Shown piece by piece: positions 35,144-35,768 of a DNA stretch of 35,768 nucleotides. The translations under genes and the position numbers were made by a program. Each line of letters starts with the position of its first letter. Position 1 is the first letter of the stretch. The notes below the pieces were generated by a model, which worked only from the letters and a program-made list of their open reading frames with translations, made no database searches and was not told where the DNA came from. The stretch is from contig JAJZYA010000001.1 in the NCBI GenBank assembly GCA_021806285.1, positions 1 through 35,768 of the forward strand, written 5' to 3'. This DNA comes from a bacterium (GTDB taxonomy: Bacteria > Patescibacteriota > Saccharimonadia > Saccharimonadales > UBA4665).

Positions 35144-35768
35144 TAATTTCCTTTTATTAAATATGCTTTATTTATTATTTTTGCAAATTCTTGGTAGTTT
35201 AGACTTGCTCCACCAACTAAAGCTCCATCACAATTTTCTAGAGCCAAATAACTTGAAACACTATCGGAGTTTACACTACCACCATACAAAATTCTAACTT
35301 CTGCAGACACTTTTGGACCATATAGTTCAGATATTTGATAAACTATGAAGTCAATAACTCTTTGAATATCTTGGGGTTTAGCAACTTCTCCCTGGAATGT
35401 ACTAATGGCCCAAACAGGCTCATAGGCTATTACTATAGTTCGAATCTCTTCAGCTGTTAAATTACTTAAGGCTGTTACTAACTGATCGTGAATAACTCGT
35501 TTAGTCTCTCCACTCGTTCGTTCGGCTTTTGTTTCACCGATACACAAAATGGGGGTTAGACCGTTTCGGTAACAAGCTGCGACTTTATCTCGAATCATTT
35601 CAAGGTCCTCATGGAAGAAAAGTCTTCTTTCACTATGACCGATAATCACATACTTAACTAAATCTCTTAACATCGAGAAGCTCACTTCTCCAGTAAAAGC
35701 TCCTTCATCTTTATGGTATGCATTTTGAGCGGCTAATTTAATTTTACGATGATCAACTTCTAAACTTA
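35143..35768 (-). CDS. tpiA: triosephosphate isomerase, 5' end outside the window
   Basis: The frame stays open to the window edge (...AQNAYHKDEGAFTGEVSFSMLRDL). Motifs YVIIGHSERR, AYEPVWAI, YGGSV. The ORF-track M at 35685 is an internal GTG. Confidence 0.9.
   Translation of the reverse strand, partial: SLEVDHRKIKLAAQNAYHKDEGAFTGEVSFSMLRDLVKYVIIGHSERRLFFHEDLEMIRDKVAACYRNGLTPILCIGETKAERTSGETKRVIHDQLVTALSNLTAEEIRTIVIAYEPVWAISTFQGEVAKPQDIQRVIDFIVYQISELYGPKVSAEVRILYGGSVNSDSVSSYLALENCDGALVGGASLNYQEFAKIINKAYLIKGN

Overview
AT-rich (about one-third G+C by eye), very gene-dense window: 31 CDS plus one RNA gene on the minus strand and only 2 CDS on the plus strand. Many genes are chained by TAATG, ATGA or TAAnATG stop/start junctions. 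Content is almost all housekeeping: uvrA, pcrA, sbcB, ruvX, obg, alaS, metG, mnmA, ksgA, rplY, tpiA (5' end runs off the window), tatD, a cysteine desulfurase and an F1Fo ATP synthase block (b-delta-alpha-gamma-beta-epsilon). There are three peptidoglycan-remodelling enzymes (LysM-CHAP, MltG, YabE/RpfB-like) and a GH37 trehalase. The only large non-coding gap (28898-29518) holds a clear tmRNA (ssrA) with its own promoter. TGA is used as a stop, so the standard bacterial code applies. Truncated core proteins (AlaRS without C-Ala, short MetRS, short ATPase beta/epsilon), Firmicute-like synteny fragments and several family-less proteins suggest a reduced Gram-positive-type genome, plausibly Patescibacteria/CPR (for example Saccharibacteria-like). 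That assignment is inference only. No CRISPR, transposase, integrase, rRNA or tRNA was seen. The best candidate for something undescribed is an FtsA/PilM-like actin-fold ATPase translationally coupled to a ~580-aa bitopic membrane protein, inserted into the conserved alaS-ruvX-mltG cluster. Other points of interest: the ATP synthase operon lacks a/c genes locally and has lost the epsilon C-terminal inhibitory domain together with a degenerate beta DELSEED loop; the tmRNA has an atypical tag frame; a trehalase sits next to ssrA; there is a coupled acidic/basic small-protein pair; and there are two highly acidic tail-anchored proteins.
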